DNA of 64,000 bases from the human T2T-CHM13v2.0 reference genome, Homo sapiens, in assembly GCF_009914755.1 (NCBI RefSeq), contig NC_060926.1. One strand, given 5' to 3'. The notes under the pieces were generated by a model. It saw only the letters and a list, made by a program, of their open reading frames with translations. It searched no databases and was not told the origin of the DNA. Made by a program: the position numbers and the translations under genes. Below, piece after piece: positions 59,880 to 64,000 of the stretch. Position 1 is the stretch's first letter. Each line of letters starts with the position of its first letter.

Positions 59880-60792
59880 TTATTTTTTAAGCCAAGATAG
59901 CCGTATAGAGGTTAATTTAATTCCATGTACTCAAAACCACAATGCTGGAGGTACTATATTTCATCAATGTTTTGGAGTAAAATTTCATTCTAAATTTCAA
60001 ATCGGGGCTAAGGAAACATAACTTTATTCCCACTGAACAAAGGAGCTCAGTGGGGGGTCCCCAGGGTATGTACTGATACAGGATAGTAGGAAGAGATGGG
60101 GAAAGGGGTGTAGAAAGTATAGAGAGGAAGAAAAGCTGGGGCCTGGGGGCACTGGCTTTTGAGGGCAGCAGTACCTTTGGCTATAGAAAGCAGCAAGTAT
60201 GCACTCAGGTAAGGGTGGAAATGGCCATTTACAGACATTTGTAAACTGGATGCTTAGGAGTAGGGAACTAATAATAGGGAACAATACCTACCTGACCTCT
60301 AATCATTAGGAATGCTTAACTCCTGAGGTGTTTTGATTCACAACAAAATCTGAGAGAAATCCCAGGAGTTTCTTTAGCTTCTTTCATGATTTTGGTCATT
60401 TCATAAAGGGAAATATAAATAAAATACACAATTTACATTCAGTATTCCCTGTAGTATTTCTTAACATAGGGTCCACACATAAGCTTCATAGGGATTTGTG
60501 AACCCCTTAAAAATGGCATGGAACATTCTCCAGTAAGTATAGCTTTCATGAGATGTTCAAAGGGGTGTCTGATATTCCCACCCCCAACTAAAAACAAAAG
60601 CCAAAACAAACAAACAAACAAAAAATTAAGAACAACTCCTGTATGGGAGTGGAAATACAGATTAAATCCTGTAAGCTCCCAGGGACAACTGGTCCAGACC
60701 ACACAGAGCTCCAAAGGGCAGGAGCCAGAAACATTGGGTGAATGGACAGTCACAGTTGTTTATGGATGCATTTTCTAAAACAACCTCTTTAC

Positions 60793-60894
60793 CTTCTTTT
60801 TCTTGGTCCAAGTACTTCTTTATGTTTTCCGCTCTGTCCATGTATTTGGAAATTTTTTCTCTGAGATTACATCTCTTAGTATTATCTTTGGTAC
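60793..60894 (-). CDS. MITD1: MITD1 exon 2 (MIT domain): (G)[33 protein letters not shown]; exon 1 lies beyond the window
   Basis: Acceptor ttgtAG| at 60894 and donor AAG|GTAAAG at 60793; MIT motif YMDRAE.IK. Confidence 0.95.
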
Positions 60895-61462
60895 CTACAA
60901 ATTTAAAAATATATATTATCAAGTATCAAAATAGTTTTTCTATTTAATTTGGGCATTATTTTCAGTTTCTCAAGTTTTCTACAAATTTCCTATCCTCTAG
61001 TATGGCTTGCCTCAGTCCTCAAACACACACAATAAACTCAAATTTGGCTTGAACATACAAGACCTTCATATTTACACGAAGCGTGATGCAGCTTGGTTTA
61101 GGAGTGGGAGCTCTTGACACTATGTCTCATCTCTGGGACATCAAATCTGGTGGGATGAAAGGTGGCTCATTACATGTCAAACTCATGTCTGAGCACTATT
61201 TTATCCTAACTACCCACAAGTTTGAAATTTTTGCATAATTAAAAGTAGCAAAAAATATTTATCTTCCACAAAACCAGCTACTCTTCCAGACCTCCCCATT
61301 ATAGTTAATGCACATTTTTCCAGCTACCACAAAAATGTTATTTTTGAATATACATGATCATAAAGTTTTACCCAACCACCCCTCCTCCCAAATCAGTCAA
61401 CAAATCACTTCTTGTTCCTTCCCTTTTTTCCTTTCAACATCGCTTATATTTTCCATAAATAA

Positions 61463-61903
<441 letters not shown>

Positions 61904-61924
61904 AATAATTTCATTTTAATCTCT

Positions 61925-62800
61925 CATTTTAAAAAACATTTTGAGTTAATTTTTTATATTTACAGAAAAGTTGCAAAAATGGTACAGATAACCTCCTTCA
62001 CCTAGATTCTCTTAATGTTAACATATCACAAACCATACTACAAGTATCAGAGCTAGGAAATTAACACTGAAACAATACTATGAACTTATCTACAAACCTT
62101 ATTTGAATTTCACCAATTTTCCCACTAATGAAAGTTTGCTTTCTGGTCCAGGATCCCATATTGCATTTAGTTATGTGTCCTTAGTCTCCTCCAATCTGTG
62201 TTAGTTCCTTAATCTTTCTCTGCCTTCTATGTCCTTGACATTTAGGAATAATATTGGTCAGTTATTTTTGCAGAATGTCTCTCATTTTGGACAGTCTGAT
62301 GTTTTCTCATCATTAGACTTGGTTTATGCATTTTTGGCAAGAAAATCACAGAAGTGATGTGCCTTGCTCAGTGGGTACATGATGTTGATGTGTCTTACTG
62401 CTGATGATATTAACTGACCATTTGGTAAAGGTGTAGTTCAGATTTCTCCACTGTAAAATCACTATTTTCTCTTTTGTAATTTGTAAGTACCTTATGGAAA
62501 GATATCCTGCTTCCCATCACTCTTTCTCCCACTAATTTTAGCATCTGTTGATGGTCCTTGCCTGCAACAACTATGACTGTGATGTTTGCAAAATGGTGGT
62601 TTTCTATTTCCGTCATTCCTTCTCAATCTATTTATTCAATTAAATAGTATGGGCTCAGGGATATTTATTTTACTCTATGAGTTATAATCCAATACTATCA
62701 TTTTCCTGCTCAAATTTTATCAGCTTTGGCTTTGACATCTCCTTCATGTTAGTTCCTGTGTCCTTTTGTCAAGCCCGCATCGCTATTATGTCCTTACATT
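61925..62800 (-). mobile_element. Old L1MC/ME-like 3' fragment
   Basis: tttacagaaaagttgcaaa, ttgcatttagtt, tgatgttttctcat motifs. Confidence 0.6.
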
Positions 62801-62804
62801 TTGA

Positions 62805-63672
<868 letters not shown>

Positions 63673-64000
63673 TAAAACTCATCTTGTTTATTTTTTGCCC
63701 CAGCCCTGAAATACCCTTTTCCAAGGAGCCTCGGTCACTTTTATTGAAGAATGGCATTGAGAAACCAAATTCTGGGTGCCAGCTGTGTTCATTGCTGCTG
63801 GGGGAGTCCCACCACTACTTCTAGACCCTCTCAGTCAATACAGCTAGGAGGTATATGTAGGCTTACTAACACATACATCTATATATACATACATCTATAT
63901 GTATTTGTTTCTGTCCATCTATATAAATATTAAAAACCATGAGTTCATGCTGATAACTTTGATTCCACAGAGCTCATTCTAGCTTTCCCCCATCCCTCTC

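Overview
Human (primate) genomic DNA, recognisable from its proteins as the TSGA10 / C2orf15 / LIPT1 / MITD1 cluster (human 2q11.2). It contains the 5' exons of TSGA10 (- strand; two alternative first exons, each in a bidirectional CpG-island promoter). C2orf15 (+) is complete and nested antisense inside TSGA10 intron 1. LIPT1 (+) is complete with a single coding exon (373 aa). MITD1 exons 2-7 (-) follow. The rest is repeat-dense: about 40 Alus, a near full-length L1PA7-like element, old L1M/L2/MLT/MER elements and microsatellites. The most notable observation is that the TSGA10 exons normally treated as 5'UTR splice into an uninterrupted 139-codon ORF (ATG 28009, exon 13910-14038, exon 4107-4322). 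This ORF is colinear with the part of CEP135 missing from canonical TSGA10, and it is gated by promoter choice and by a 136-nt stop-containing cassette exon. Other oddities: an L1 that integrated after splicing of its 5'UTR (SpIRE-type); a 141-bp near-perfect fold-back hairpin at an Alu insertion site; an ancient L1MB 3' end inserted with a poly(A) tail and TSD inside a much younger Alu; and a very young AluYa. Gene identities and homologies are from recall of the proteins, not from database searches. Repeat boundaries are approximate.
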